Shown: piece by piece, positions 38,886-52,482 of the stretch
Numbering within the stretch: the first letter of the stretch is position 1
Layout: each line of letters starts with the position of its first letter
DNA from: Gekko japonicus
Taxonomy: Eukaryota
DNA: 64,000 nt
Assembly (NCBI RefSeq): GCF_001447785.1
Contig: NW_015164195.1
Location: 716,603-780,602, forward strand
Direction of reading: 5' to 3'
Made by a program: the position numbers and the translations under genes
Notes under the pieces: generated by a model
The model's database searches: none
Told to the model about the DNA's origin: nothing
What the model saw: the letters and a program-made list of their open reading frames with translations, nothing else

Positions 38886-39202
38886 ACATTTTCTTCTGTG
38901 CTCCCCTATTGCTCCCACCCGACTGCTAACACGAACCCCACAAAGTCTGAGACAACAGGACTCGGAAGAGTTGTATTTCATGCTTCAGTAAGTGCTTTAG
39001 GTGGATTTTAGGGTATCTATTTAGGGTAAGCAAACCATATCTATTGTGATTTTTGGTTTTCTTCTGCCTTCTTGGACCAGTAAAATACAACTTATTTTAC
39101 TGAGAGGGCATGGAACTCCATGTTTATTGTTTTAATTGGCTTGAAAGGAGTTTGGATTGGAGCTCATCATTTTCACACCTAATACTGTTGTTTTGTTTGC
39201 AG

Positions 39203-39300
39203 GTTCTATGTATGATGGTCTGTCTGATGGTTATAGCTATGGAACAGCCCGTGGTAGCTACTATGCAAAAGCCCACACAGGAAACAACTGGGGCCATGGG
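39203..39300 (+). CDS. PKP1: Plakophilin-1 coding exon 2
   Basis: Acceptor ttttgtttgcag|, donor GGG|GTAAGA, 98 nt (phase 1 to 0). Encodes (G)SMYDGLSDGYSYGTARGSYYAKAHTGNNWGHG, matching PKP1 GSMYDGLADNYNYG...W. Not shown in this frame in the ORF track. Confidence 0.96.
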
Positions 39301-39696
39301 GTAAGATTTTATATGTGAACCATGACATCCTATTGGAAAGGAAAAGCAGAACAGAGATTTGGTTAGACTACAACACAGAAAACCAAAAAAATTCTGTGGG
39401 AAATTTTGTACAATAATTTATCACAGATCTGTTCAGAAATCCTTAAAGTCCTGACCCTGGGTAAAAAAGTGGGTAAAACATCCATGTATATAGGAAACCT
39501 TACAAGACTGAACATAGCCCTGAGTCTTCCCTTCTCTCCTTGTGCATGCACACAGGAAACTCACCAAGACAGTCCAGGGAGGTGGGGGAAGCAGACCTGA
39601 TTGAGCTGAAGGGGAGGGCCAGATGGGATTATTGGAAGGGTCCATGACCATCTATATGCCCAAAGAGGGGAAGAAACGAGAATCTGTTGAATAGTA

Positions 39697-40066
39697 GTGG
39701 GTTCTTGGTGTAGTGGTTAAGAGCGGTAAGGGTGGGTTCTTCGTGCAGTGGTTAAGAATCAGCTTGGTGTATTGATTAAGAGTGGCAGACCCTAATCTGG
39801 AGAACCTGGTTTGATTCCCCACTCCTTCACATGAAGCCAGCTGGGAGACCTTGGTTCAGTCAGAGTCAGAACCCTCTCAGCCCCACCTACCTCACAGGGT
39901 TTCTGTTGTGGGGAAAGGAAGGGAAGGTGATTGTAAGACACTCCAAGAGTCCTTCAGGCATGGATCACATCACACCAAGCCCTCTCATGATACTGAGTTG
40001 CATTGATTTCCTTGCAGTGGACTCCTTCAGGTAATGAAGAGCAGGGTATAAAACCAACTCTTCTTC
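39697..40066 (+). mobile_element. Squam3-like SINE with triplicated head and an internal insert
   Basis: Three tandem ggtgtagtggttaaga-like heads, SINE body, (ctt) tail. Confidence 0.88.
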
Positions 40067-42572
40067 TGTGTGTGAGGAAGAGTCACAACATGCATTATTT
40101 GTGCTTTTGAGTTTAGGAAAATTGTTACCCAAAAAGAAAGGGAGAGAGCTTGTGTTTGATAATACTTAGACCTGCGTTGGGTAACATTATTTTTAAAAGT
40201 TGACACAACCAATGCATTTATTTTAGAGAAAACAGTATAACTGAATGAAGGGATAAATATATTAACTCCCAAATTCCAGTGATATATGCAGGGTATATAC
40301 AGTTTCCAAATAATTTGAATTTTGATTTAAAAAGTTAAAATAGAAAGTATATCTTTTTGGATGAAGACTGCAAATGTGCTGTGTTTTACATGTTTATACT
40401 ATGTGTATGTTAATACTCGTGTGTTGCTGGGCTTTTCTCCCAATGAAAAAGGTTTATTTTTTAAAATTAAGCAACAACTAAGTCTGAAACTGAAATGGTG
40501 ACAGTGAAGGTTTGGCAAAGGGTTGTGTCTGGCCTGAGAACTAAAGCTGGTTTTTAAAAACTCTGAAGAAGAAATTATTTCCAGAATAAATCTTTGTGCC
40601 TCCCCCGCCATGCCCTCCCCCAAAAGCTGCTCTTGTTGGTTGGGGGAACCATCAGAGCTGGATGTGGTGTGGAGGAGTTGTATCTTGAATGGCATCAACA
40701 GAAATTACAGAACCCCCTCACAGCTTGTGCAAGAGGAATTGTCTTCCTCTTGCACAAGGCACCTTTGGATCCCAACCCAAAGTTAACAGATTTTGCAAAC
40801 TATGGTATACTCCCAATCTTGGCAGGGGGGAAAAAAGTCCCTCATTAATTTTGTTCATGTTCTTATATAATTGGAGTGGCAGACTTGAAGCCTTACCCAC
40901 CCATATTAACTTGGAATTAAGTCTCATTGAATGAATTATCACTATACATAATTAATACTTTTAAATAAATTTGGATTGTGTAAAAATAGTTGTAAGATGT
41001 CAAAATGAAGTCAGCTGGATTGGTCCCAGCGGTTGTCTCCCTTCTAAACAATTCAATCATCAGTCTAATTAATGGAACTTGCTATACAACCTGCTTTTCT
41101 CTTGAAAAGCTGTTGAAGCTATAGCATAACTTTTTCTCTAGGTTTTCTTGTCCCTACAACCATTGGATGTGTATAGAAGTAAGGTGCGGGTTGCTTGTCC
41201 ATTTGCATGACAGAGCAAATTTACACTATGTCCAAAGCTGAGTTTGACCATCAAAGAAGTTGGCAGTTTGATGAAATGGGTTCTACTCCCTTTAACACCA
41301 CAGTAAATGAAGAATCCTTGTTTCGTACAAGAACAGGAGAGTTAATGTTCCTTTCTGGTTCCATTCCTCCAGTCCTCCTTCGAACAAATGACACATTTGT
41401 TACTGAAGCTGTGCTCATTAGTTTGTAGAGAACATAAAACTCCTGGTCTTGTGTGTCATACATGCACACAGGGGCAACCCGCATGCACAGCTTCTACTTG
41501 TTTAGTTAGAAATATGTCATTAATTAGTCATGATAATGACTTGAAACTTAGGGAAATTTACAGGCTGGGTAGAAGGTGACTCGCTGCAGAGTATACACCT
41601 AATAATATTCTGAATAAACTCCAAACAAGGAGGTGATGCTGCAGTCAGAGAGATGAGAGGGCAAACATGCTATGCAAGTCAGAAAGGAAGTACGACGCCA
41701 GAAGAAAAATAAAAGCGGGTGTTGGTTAAATCCTTTTCTGAGTAAGCTTCCCATGACCCAAAGGAAGGCAAAAGGTGCTTTGTTGTAGCAGTGCAAAAGG
41801 AGAGGGACAGTAATGCTTTAGAATACTCTTCTCCTGAGTACATTAGATGGGAGTCTACTTATCCATTTAGCGTGTGTGCTTAAAAGCAACCACAATGAAT
41901 GGATATTTATATTACTGTATCCTGCCTATTTGGCACTCATGGTGGTTTGCCATTCACAAAACCATAAGCTACAATAAAATCCAGCTTCACTGAGCAGCAA
42001 TCTGTCACACCTGAACCACAGTAAAAACAAACATGTCAGATTGCAGGAGAATAATAAGCATCTTCAAGATACCCCAGTCAAAGTGTTTTAAATGTGTTGC
42101 TTTAAAAGACAGATATTACACAGTCTTTAGATAACTGAAAGGAAGGAGTTCATTCCACAGCTTTGGGGGCAACAGCAGAAGAGGCCTGCTCAGATCTCTC
42201 AGCTAGTGTTGCTAGACAGAAAATGTGAATGGTTGTGTGAGTGTATATGAATATTGTTGTAGATCACCGAAATGATTGCATCTTAATTTCGTTGTACTAT
42301 GTACAATGACAATAAAGTATATTACTATTACTATTACTTAAAAGTTTGTGTGGGAGGGAGTCAAATGAATAGTTGAAGCTGTCTTATTTAGAACCAGCCA
42401 CCAGTCCATCTAGTCGTTATGACTGAGTTGTTGTGCTGCAAAATCACAAAGACTTTCCTTGAACTGTTCACTGAATCTTTAAGTGGCTATAATCTGTGAA
42501 CTTTGTTCATGCTACTTGCAAAATATGTGTTCTACCACTGAACTGTGGACTTCCCAATACATTAAAATATTA

Positions 42573-42823
42573 AGAGAACCACTGTGGTGTAGTGGTTAAG
42601 AGCAGCAGACTCTAATCTGAAGAACTAGGTTTGAATCCCCACTCCTCCACATGAAGCCAGCTGGGTGACCTTGGGGCAATCACAATTCTTTCAGAACTCT
42701 CTGAGCCCCACCTACCTCACAGGGTGTCCGTTGTGGGGAAAGGAAGGGAAGGCAATTGTAAGCCTCTCTGAGACTCCTGCAGGTAGTGAAGAGTGGAATA
42801 TAAAAACCAACTCTTCTTCTTCT
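42573..42823 (+). mobile_element. Squam3-like SINE, full length
   Basis: A/B boxes, (ctt)n tail; aatatt present near both ends. Confidence 0.92.
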
Positions 42824-43805
42824 AATATTCAATGGGGTTTGCTCCAATATGGGAATTCAAACATTAGAGAGCACAGTATTATTATGGTTTAACAATATTG
42901 ATGCAATTTAGAATTGCAAAGGATTTGGTAATCTGAAAAGCACAATATGAATAATTTTGAATGGCAATACTGGTGACAGTGTCTGGTACATTCAGTAGAC
43001 CTGCATGATTCTTAATAATACACTTTCCATGGCCTATTATGCACAAGTATTTTCCCTCGCTTTCACTGTGCATGTCCGTCGGGTTTTCTTTGTCATTCTG
43101 CATTGATTTTCCTCCCTTCAGCGCTCAGTTCACTTTCTGGTTGCTGTTTCCCCAGGTTTTCTGAGAATGCTTTTGTGCCATTTCCCCCCTTGTTTTGCTT
43201 CCAAACTGAAGGTAATTCAAAAGCATACAGATTCCTTTGGATTTCCCCCCCCTGCCCTTTTGCCGCTCCTTGAAGGTCACTCCCCCACCCACACTGAGAT
43301 CGTTCTGCCCACTCTGCACCTTCTGCCATCCTTCCCCCTTCATCGATGTACAGGCTCCATTTTCCCCTTGTTCTAGATTTGTTTGACAAGCGGCATGAGT
43401 CTAGTGATATAAGACTATCGCTAGTCTCGGATTGCTGAATAACAAAATTAAAACTGGGGGGGGGTTAAAAGAAGCTGTGTGAAGTTTAGTTCCTTAGGAT
43501 TGGAGAGGAGGCAAATGGTAGAATCCCTAGTGGGGGGGAGAGAGGGGGGGATTTCAGTGCTATATGCAGACAAAATAAGAGGGGGAATCATCAGCGTGGA
43601 ATGAAATTGACATGAGATGTAAAGAGAGAGACTGGGATGGGAAGCCTAAAGCTTTGAAAACATTTTTCCCTTTTATGCTTTAGTGAACAAAGTTTTCTGG
43701 GGGAACATTTTGGCAGTCTCCAGAAGCCTAACATTAAAATGGCGGCTGAGCCACATAGACCTTTTGCAAACCACCGAACTTAAGAATCACTTGGGATTGA
43801 TTCAC

Positions 43806-44020
43806 TTAAGAACATAAGAGAAGCCAATGTTGGATCAAGCCAGTGGCCCATCCAGTCCAACACTCTGTCACACAATGGCCAAAAATACCAGGTGCCATCA
43901 GGAGGTCCACCAGTGGGGCCAGGACCATAGAGGTCCTCCCATTGCTGCCTCCCCCAAGCACCAAAAATTCAGTGCATCACTTGCCCCAGACTGAGAGTTC
44001 CTATCTATACCTTGTGGCAA
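43806..44020 (-). mobile_element. CR1 3' UTR fragment, same subfamily as 16318
   Basis: taagaacataagagaagccaatgttggatc...aataccaggtgccatcagg. Confidence 0.88.
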
Positions 44021-45438
44021 ATTTCAAGATCATGACCAGTGTGCAGGATCAAATTAGAGAATCACAAAGGGCAGGAAATTAGTGTTACTGTGCAGCTGTG
44101 CTATGGCATCAGCAAAAATACCCCCCCTTTCAATTTAGTGGCACAAGACTAAAAATGATCTCCAGAACTTCTGCCAGAGGACTCCTCCCCCATAGAAATT
44201 GCAGCCCTGTGCAAAACATGATGGAGCTGCAGCCAACTTTGCACAGGTGCCTGTGCACACACACACACGTTGCCAACAATCACAGCTAGCAATGCTAGTG
44301 TCAATGGGTTCTGTTGTGCATTCCGTATACTCAAGATGTTTTCCCATATTATGAGATTGTGTGACTCCCATTTTTCATAGTGGCCCATAACACAGCAGAG
44401 AATCTCCTAGTGCTTGGCAATATGGAAAAGGGGGCTTTGCCGCTGCTTGTCAGTTTCAAAAAAAAATCTTGTCAATTTCAACATCGCTTTCCCCCCTTTG
44501 CCTGCCTTCCATTCTGTTCCCTTTCATTCAACAAACTAAAACTAAAATGCATGCGCAAAACCTGAACCACTAGGATTTAAATAGAAGATGCTTGCTGGAC
44601 ACTACTGTGCAGCTGTGATAGGGCAAGTGTGTATAAGTTTTTTAAAAACTTTGGACCCCACCCCCCACATTTCATAAGTGACATTCCACCCTTATAGAAA
44701 AGTGCATTTTTTTAAATTCTAGCTGCAGAATAAATACAGCGTATGGTGGGCTAAGAATCTAAAGTCAAGATTAAAGGCTTATTGCTCTGAAAATCTGCAG
44801 TAAGATGTGTGTGTGTAATGGGCCAATATCTGCTTTGGTCTCCACATTAAGAAAAGCCAGTTTCTGTTACTTTTCTTTTAAAAAATCAACTTCAGCAAAA
44901 CACAGCATTTTAATTGGGCTTCCTAGAGATTTCAGCTATTAGAATAAATATTTTAATAACCTTTTCTTGTTTATTATGTTTATGCTGGAATTATTACTTG
45001 AGAAATGCAAATGGGGATATTTAGTATCTCCTCTAAATCTTTATTGGGTGCACTTGTGAAGTCTCTGGCACTGATTGGCTGAGCTGTTGTGGTGTTATGG
45101 TGTGGTTTAGCTGCTGAGAGGACTAAATAATATGCAGTCCAAATTCTATGAGGTAAATTGACATTTTGTGTGAGATTAAAACTTCACACAAGGCCAGGAT
45201 ATAGCACTATCCTCCCAGCTATAATCTTCTTGGCTGCTTTGGCAATTCTCAGAACCAATTTTCTGATACTCTGCCATGGTGATAGTTCTGTTGTGGGGAG
45301 AGGAAGGGAAGGAGATTAAAACCTTCATATAGATACTTAGCAGGTCCCTCGACGAGGAAGGCCTCAAGAAGGGCTTAAGAGCAGCAGGTCTGACCAGAAT
45401 GTGGACCAATGTCTGCAGGCTCGTGGTGCTCTGCCATC

Positions 45439-45643
45439 CAGTGTTCCCTCTAAGCTGAGTTAGTGTGAGCTAGCTCAGTTTTTTAGCCTCTGGATCACAC
45501 ATTTTTTCCTTAGCTCAGGAAGGGACGGCTTCAGAGCAAACTAATTTATGCAGTAGTAAAATCGTTTGCTCACAACTTTAATGCCAGTAGCTCACAAAGT
45601 AGAATTTTTGCTCACAAGACTCCACAGCTTAGAGGGAACATTG
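45439..45643. mobile_element. hAT MITE (CAGTGTTCCCTCTAA TIR)
   Basis: TIRs cagtgttccctctaag / cttagagggaacattg; tgccatc on both flanks. Confidence 0.88.
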
Positions 45644-47729
45644 CATGCCATCTATGTTGTCCCTACGAACAGGCTTTTTAAAAGCTTTCTCTACCCATCT
45701 GATTACCTCAGGCAAGAATAGAAGAATACCCTGGTTGCATAAGACCAAGTGGACCATTGCTGCACTGGCAGGTGAAGCCTGGCAGCAGCAGACATGAAGG
45801 AAGCCTTCTTCTCCTAGGTCAGGCACTTCCATCTATGTTCTCCCCCTCCATGTGCTTAGCCAGCATTTAGGTGGAACAAGCAGATGTTAGCATGTGGCAG
45901 GGAGTAAGAAACCAGTTACGCTAAGCTTGCATGCTCCCACTTGATGCCAGTTGAAATAGGGTGCTCTGTTGAAGGCAGGGCACCCTACTCACATTCAGTC
46001 TGATGAAAATAGCAACCAGTTTATGACGTATGGGCTATATGATCAAGTTACTACATGAATACGGCAGTTTAGATCCTGTGCTGGCCTGGAAGAAACTTTG
46101 GTTGGTTTAGATAATTGGATTTTTCAAAGTGCAGGAGACCTTGAGTGAGATGCACCATCCTGAATCAGCACTGTGTAAATTCTAAAGCCATTGAAAGACA
46201 TACTAGGAGTCAGACAACTATAGCGCACATGAGTTTATGCCATTGAGAAACCGAAGGTCCAAAGTACATTTTACCTGTGCCACAAAGGGGAGTGGCTAAT
46301 TCATTATGGGGAGTGACTAATCCAAAAAGCAGATGAGGGTACTATTTAAGAGTGTCCTTCACAAATTATCCACAGTCAAATATCATCTCTATAGACAATG
46401 TTGTCTAACTATGCTGAACAAAAAAGGAGAAAATACTTTTTTGATAGTACTATTACAAGGAAAATTAACTGAATTTATTTCACATGAGCAAAGCTGGATG
46501 TTTCTGAATGCATGTTGGGAGGTTCAGCACATGGTAGATGAGAGCATGATCAATGAAGGTAGTTGGCCACCTCTCTCACCATCAAGCAATTTTTTCTAGT
46601 CACCTTGCAGTAGAACTTTCACAGAACCAGATTGGTCAGAATCTGATATATGCCCTGACTGTCAGCATGGAACAGTTAAGCAAAAATTGTATTTTTGAAA
46701 ATACTTGACTGGAAAATTCATGACTGGAACTTTTGTTTAACTTTTTTCTGATGTCCCTGTTACACATGGCTTTTAATACAAGATGACTGAAAAATGTTTG
46801 GCATAGCTGTATTGGCGGAAACACTGAGCAAAACCATCTTCTGAGTCATGATCAATTTAGGACTAAATGTTATCTTCAAGAAGAAAAGAAATGGAAAAAG
46901 ACAAATACATGATAGAGGAAAGAAGAAGCATTTAAGAGATGAAAAAAAATTTTTTTTGCTAGTTTTGTAAGTTTTCCTCAAACAGCCAGAAGTGGATTCA
47001 TTGTGCAAGCAGGATTGAGGGTGTTCACATCAGTCAGGGTGGTACACCATCATATTTCACTGCCTTGGTTTCCCCCTCTGGCTTGAGAGGCACACCCTCT
47101 CAACGTGTTTGTGCATATTTTTTACTTATACACCATCTGTTGCTAGAAACAAATAAACCACCAGTTTAAAAATTAATGGTAATCATATTTTTTCATAAAA
47201 GATTGCTTTGCTAACTCTGGAAACACCCATCTAATAGGCAGGCTTGTGGACCCAGAAGGCGTCAGTAGATCTGGGCTCAATTCCTGTCTCTCTTGTTGAC
47301 CTGATGAGTTATCCAAGTCATTTTTGTGCTTTACTTTCTCCTGCTGCATAATATGGATAATTATAATGATCTACTTCTGTAAAGTACATGGTGATCCACA
47401 GTTATATTTTTAAGTCATAAACATTTTAAATACATTATTATGTCACTTAATACCTCTGTGACTCAGTTTGGTCATGTGAAAAATGGCAATAACACCTATT
47501 TACTTATCTCATAAGAGTGTTGATAGACTCTGTTAAACCTGGGGGTGGGCTATAGCTGGAATAGTGAATTTCAAGTAGTTCATGCCTGAATAACCGAGGT
47601 TATGTCTGCAAATCCCTTTGAGCACTCAGGGTGCTATATAAATTTTATTACTGTAATCACCCTAGCCTTTGGCAAAAGATGACAAGTTATTCTAACAAAT
47701 ACGGTTATAATTATTATGCTTGCTGATTA

Positions 47730-47881
47730 ACTTTGGGCCAGCCATACACTCTCAGGCTAACCTACCTCACAAGGTAGTTGTAAAGATAAAATGGAGGAGA
47801 GGAGACTGGTGTAAGCTGCTTTGGGCCCACAACTGGACAGAAAGCCATGGTATCAATGAAGTAAATAAAATAAATAAATAA
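47730..47881 (+). mobile_element. Older CORE SINE 3' part
   Basis: cctacctcacaagg...tgtaagctgctttggg...(aaat)n. Confidence 0.7.

Positions 47882-47924
<43 letters not shown>
47882..47924. repeat. (ATG)n microsatellite
   Basis: Directly visible; explains the spurious poly-His and poly-Ser ORFs. Confidence 0.98.
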
Positions 47925-47925
<1 letters not shown>

Positions 47926-47949
47926 AAGCAAGTTGTGCAGTCAATGTAA

Positions 47950-48218
47950 AGAAGAAGAAGAAGAGTTGGATTTATACCCTTCCCTTCACTCAGAGTCTCA
48001 GAGCAGTTTAAAATCTCCTTCCCTTCCTCTCCCCACAACGGACATCCTGTGAGGTAGGTGGGCTGAGAGAGCTCTGAGAGAACTGCTCTTGGGAGAACAG
48101 CTCTGGGAGAACTGTGACTAACCCAAGGTCATCCAGCTGGCTGGATGTGGAGGAGTGGGGACTCAAACTTGGTTCTCTAGATCAGAGTCTGCTGCTCTTA
48201 AGCAGTACACCAAACTGG
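47950..48218 (-). mobile_element. Squam3-like SINE, full length
   Basis: (aag)n tail at the left; reverse-complement head gccagtttggtgtac. Confidence 0.9.
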
Positions 48219-50854
48219 CACAGAATTTCCACTGTGATATTTCTGTGGCATTAACAGCTGTTACTTGTTCCATCCAATTTTGCCAGATAGGAGAGAGATC
48301 TGCTTAAGACAGTCATCATATATTGGAAAAGGATATATCTGCTAGTAAAGGGGCTAGAGAGGAGTTCACAGTGTGATTATTTTTCAACAATATAGATTAC
48401 TTGAGAGTAGAACCTAACAACAGAATTGGAAGCTGGGTCTTTATCCTGATGCTACAAGAACATCCAACACTAAAATTCTCAAAACTCCCCAGGGAGTTTG
48501 ACTGTCTGTGGTAGACACATGCTCTGACAGGTTTCAATTCTTCCTTCAGGGTTCATCGCATTCAGAATGTCTCGTTTTGGGGGATGCCAGGTATGCTGAT
48601 TCAGTGCCCCAACACCCTCAAATAAAATGGATATTATACTAAATTATTTACCAATTCCAAGCCAAGTTGAAACTAGGAATCTATTTGAAACAACCCTGGT
48701 ATCCTGGTTTAAATAGTCATGGGCCATTTAAGTATCTGCCTTCTGGACGCACCCCCAGAATTGCCATTGGCTATATTAAAGTCAATTCTCTGTTCAAAGC
48801 TGTTTGATCTTGGTTGAGTGTTGGGAGTCAAGGAAAAACAAAGCATTGGGCATTTTCTGACCCTGTTTCTCTTTTATGAATCAACATCTGCTTTTATTCC
48901 ACCAGGAGGGAAAAAAAGAATAATAGAGGCAGCAACTTGGCAGAGATGTTGAATCCCTGGGGCGTTTGCTGCAAACAGTTCAGCTAGCTATTATGTTTCC
49001 ATTAAAGACTTAACATGTTATTTATGCCAGGCTTCAGTTTCCTTTTGCATTCATTCACACCAAGTGTCTGGAAGGAGAACAAGCACAGAGGAGTTTGTGC
49101 ACAAATGTGTGTACGTTGTTTGGTTGGATGTGTTTTGAGGGGAAGGAATTATTAAGGCTTCTTTTTGTCCTGCAGTTTGAAACTGCAAGCCATGTTTCAT
49201 AGCTGTTGAGCTTTTGACATCTTCCCCCTCCCAATGAGGCTTGGGAATAGTGGGTGCCAAGTTATTATCTGTTTGGGAAGGCACTTCTCAGTTAGATGAG
49301 TCCTCAGAAGCAAGTCAGTGCAAGCGTGGCTTGGGTGTGGTGGAATATGCAAGACGATGCCTCCTGCAGACGTGGAAAACAGCTTCTTTGGTGTGAAAAG
49401 AAGCTCCTGATGTCGCCCAGCCTATTATTTTTGCTTCTTATTGTACTGCAATGTGTTTCAAAAATAGCTATGTATGCACTTTATCAAAAAGCTATAATAG
49501 GAAACAGAATTAACTGTGATCCCCGATTCAAATGTTAAAATCTGCCAAAACCTCACTGAGTAGCCTTAGGCCAGCCGCACTATCAGCTTCCATCCTCCAT
49601 CTTCAATATAGTGGCCATAATACTGGGCTAACTTATAGAACTGTTGAAAGGATTACAATAAAGTCAAGTATACAAAGCACTCTGCTTTGCATTGTTTTTA
49701 TATATATGCAGATTGAGAGGTAGGGCAGGAAAGGATGAGTCAGTGCTTGGCTCTCATGGCCCTTGGGGGAGAGAGTGGGGTAGTTGTGAATTTTCTGCAT
49801 TGTGCAGAAGGTTGGACTAGTTGACCCTTCAGGTCCCTTCCAGCTCTCTCTCTGTGTGTACACACACACACACACACACAGGTTGCTGTCAGAGATGCCA
49901 GTTGAAATGGAGGGGAAGAGAGGCTATTTCCTCCAGAGGAATTTGACACGTGGTTGCGAGATCACACATCCATTTTTTAGCTGCAGGTGCAGCCTGTCAC
50001 TGTGTGATCAGATGCAACTGTGGGTGAGTCAGGTTTTTTTGGGCCATTTGTTTCCCATGCGCATAAACAAGGAATTGCACCTCCGCACTGAGGGCCCCCT
50101 ATGGAGTATGTGATGATGCCCATACTGTGAAGGGGGAGGGGGAATTGCACCGAGCCAGGATGGCCCGATCAGACCATCCCAATGGCATGAGTGTGTGCTT
50201 GTGTGATCAGACAGGAGAAAGTCTGTCCACAGCCCATTGGAACCCATTTAGTACTGGACTTTCCCTGGTGTCTTTTAACTCCACTTCCGTGGCAGAGCAG
50301 CACGGGTTGCTGACAACTGCGGGACTCTTCCCAGATGTTGCTGTCTGCTTGTTCCCTTTAGATCCATCAGGCATTCACAGCTATGTCAGATCTAAAGGTG
50401 CATGTGATCACACCCGCAGTCTTTTCTGTATTCAAGTAAGTTTCACTATAGAAAATCAACAGTACAATTCACATATTAAAAACATTGCTACCTGCAAAAT
50501 AATACATTGCTATATGTATTCCCTTGACATTACAGCCGTCCCTGTCTAAAGTTCTTTGTCTCATCCCTTCCCAGTTTTTAATGGATAGCATTTTTATTTA
50601 TTATTTTAGCCTTTTCCTGCTCTGCAAGTTAAAGAGAAACAATAAGCCCATTTTTGCTTTGTACTTTTTAATCTGGTGTGCTATATCACACTGTGCTTCA
50701 CCTCTCAGAGAAATGGTCCAAAGAAATGAATTACAGGGATGAGAAAGACCTGTTTCTTCATTAAGAATTATTGTTGCCTTCCTTGGGCTTGGAACATCAA
50801 ACATGGTTATTGCAGATGCATTTTAAGTGAAGAATATTCCTAACATGAGCGGAT

Positions 50855-51020
50855 CAAACGAAGCTGCCTTATTCTGAGTCAGTCTATCAAAGTCAGTCTA
50901 TGGCAGCAGTACTCCGGGGTCGGACTGAGGTAAAGGTCTTTCTTCTATTTCCTGATCCTTTTGACTGGAGATGCTGGGGATTGAACCTGGGACATTTTGC
51001 ATACAAAGCAAACCTCTGTC
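50855..51020 (-). mobile_element. tRNA-derived SINE (Squam2-like)
   Basis: Reverse complement ...gtcccaggttcaatccccagcatctccagtc...aataaggcagctt, same family as 9961-11252. Confidence 0.7.
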
Positions 51021-51284
51021 CTACTTCTCAGTGGAGCTCACTGAATCTTGGTGATGCTAAGTGATAGTAGAGCAAATTTTATGTTATTTTACTTGTTCTA
51101 ATTTCCTTTGTCATTCTAGAAGAGCATTCCTGTTGGAGTGAAACAGAGAGCATTCATCATAATAATATTTATATGTCTCTTTAGATACATAAAAATAATA
51201 AAAGTAATTTGCATTTAAGGTCAGTGAGTAAACTTTAGATTGACACTGGTATAGGTAAGGACACAACCATTCCTCATTAAAGTA

Positions 51285-51602
51285 GATTGGGGTCCCCTAC
51301 CTTTCTGAGCCTGTGGGCACTTTTGGGATTCTGACACAGCGTGGTGTGTGCAGCCACAAAAAAACTGCTGCTGCAGGAGGTGGAGACAGCCACAAAATGG
51401 CTGCCACAGTTTACCTTTCTTGTGCTGTGGTGACACCTGCTGCCAAAGAAATGTTTTTAAAAAATTGCACAGCCAATGAAATCTTCAGTGGCTAAGCAGA
51501 AGCTTTGCTTGGGGAAAGCCCTATGTGGCCCCACCCACTTTCTAACAAATACTTGGTGGGTGTCAGGAAAGGTGATGGGAGGCACCATGCGGGAGGCTCT
51601 TG
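51285..51602. mobile_element. Older hAT-like non-autonomous element
   Basis: ggggtcccctacctttctgagcctgtgggcac start, typical of hAT MITEs; ends are degenerate. Confidence 0.45.
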
Positions 51603-52482
51603 AGGTAGATTAGTATAATCTCACTCCTCTCCCCTGCCCCCCAAACCTGTGGCCTTTTATGACTATGTCACAACTATGATAATAGCAGGTATTCTGTTCT
51701 TGTGAATAGTCTAATATGTTTAGATAGCAGGACAGCATATATTTGGAACTTTGAAAAAATTCTGAATTTCTAAACATGTGGCTGTCTGCCCCAAAGTAGA
51801 TGCAGAAAGTGACCAGGTGTTTGGGTGGGGAGAAGCTACAAGGTTCTCGGAATGTTGCACTAGACATCAGTGATGGGATGGGTTGGACCTGGATCCAAGA
51901 ACTGTGCTTATTAAGTGTGATCCTTAAAACAAAACTTTGCTTTATTGTATGGGAATAATTTCTCAACCCTGTAGCTGAAATGTAGATGTAAATGTACATG
52001 AGCTGAAGGTATTAAGGACTAATTTGTTGAACATCCCCATGTGCCTGGAGTGGGGACCAGCCCATGGTTGAGGAGGATGACATAGACATGCTGTGCTGAG
52101 GCAAATCAGGCCATAACTTTATTGATTACAGCTTCCTCAGGTCTTGGTGCAATATAGGCTGGGAAGACTGCGTGCAGGGGATAGCCCACCTACTTTCAGC
52201 AACCTTCCCCCAACCTGCCTGTTGGAGTCACCAAGAAAAGAGGGCTGGTATTAGGACTGGAAGGAGTGGAAGCCACTGTTCCTCCCAGCCTCCTGGGGAT
52301 GATCTCCACATGTCAGCCCTGAGGTTGGCTTTGTGCACCCAGCTCCCCAGAGCCCCTTAAGGGGGACCCCTTTTTAGCGTCATGTAGGGAGGCCATCCTA
52401 AACACCATGCATTGTATTCCCCAGCCATTTCCTCAACACCGGTAGCCAATTGTAGCAGTTATGGTCTTTTAAGCAGTATGAT

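Noticed and set aside
39110-39304. ORF-track 64-aa protein over exon 2
   Set aside because: Wrong frame; the PKP1 frame is set by splicing.
41660-41682. p63/p53-like site aaacatgctatgcaagtc
   Set aside because: The core spacing is 5 nt rather than the canonical 6; not supportable.
47762-48038. Poly-His and poly-Ser ORFs
   Set aside because: Translations of an (ATG)n microsatellite and SINE sequence.
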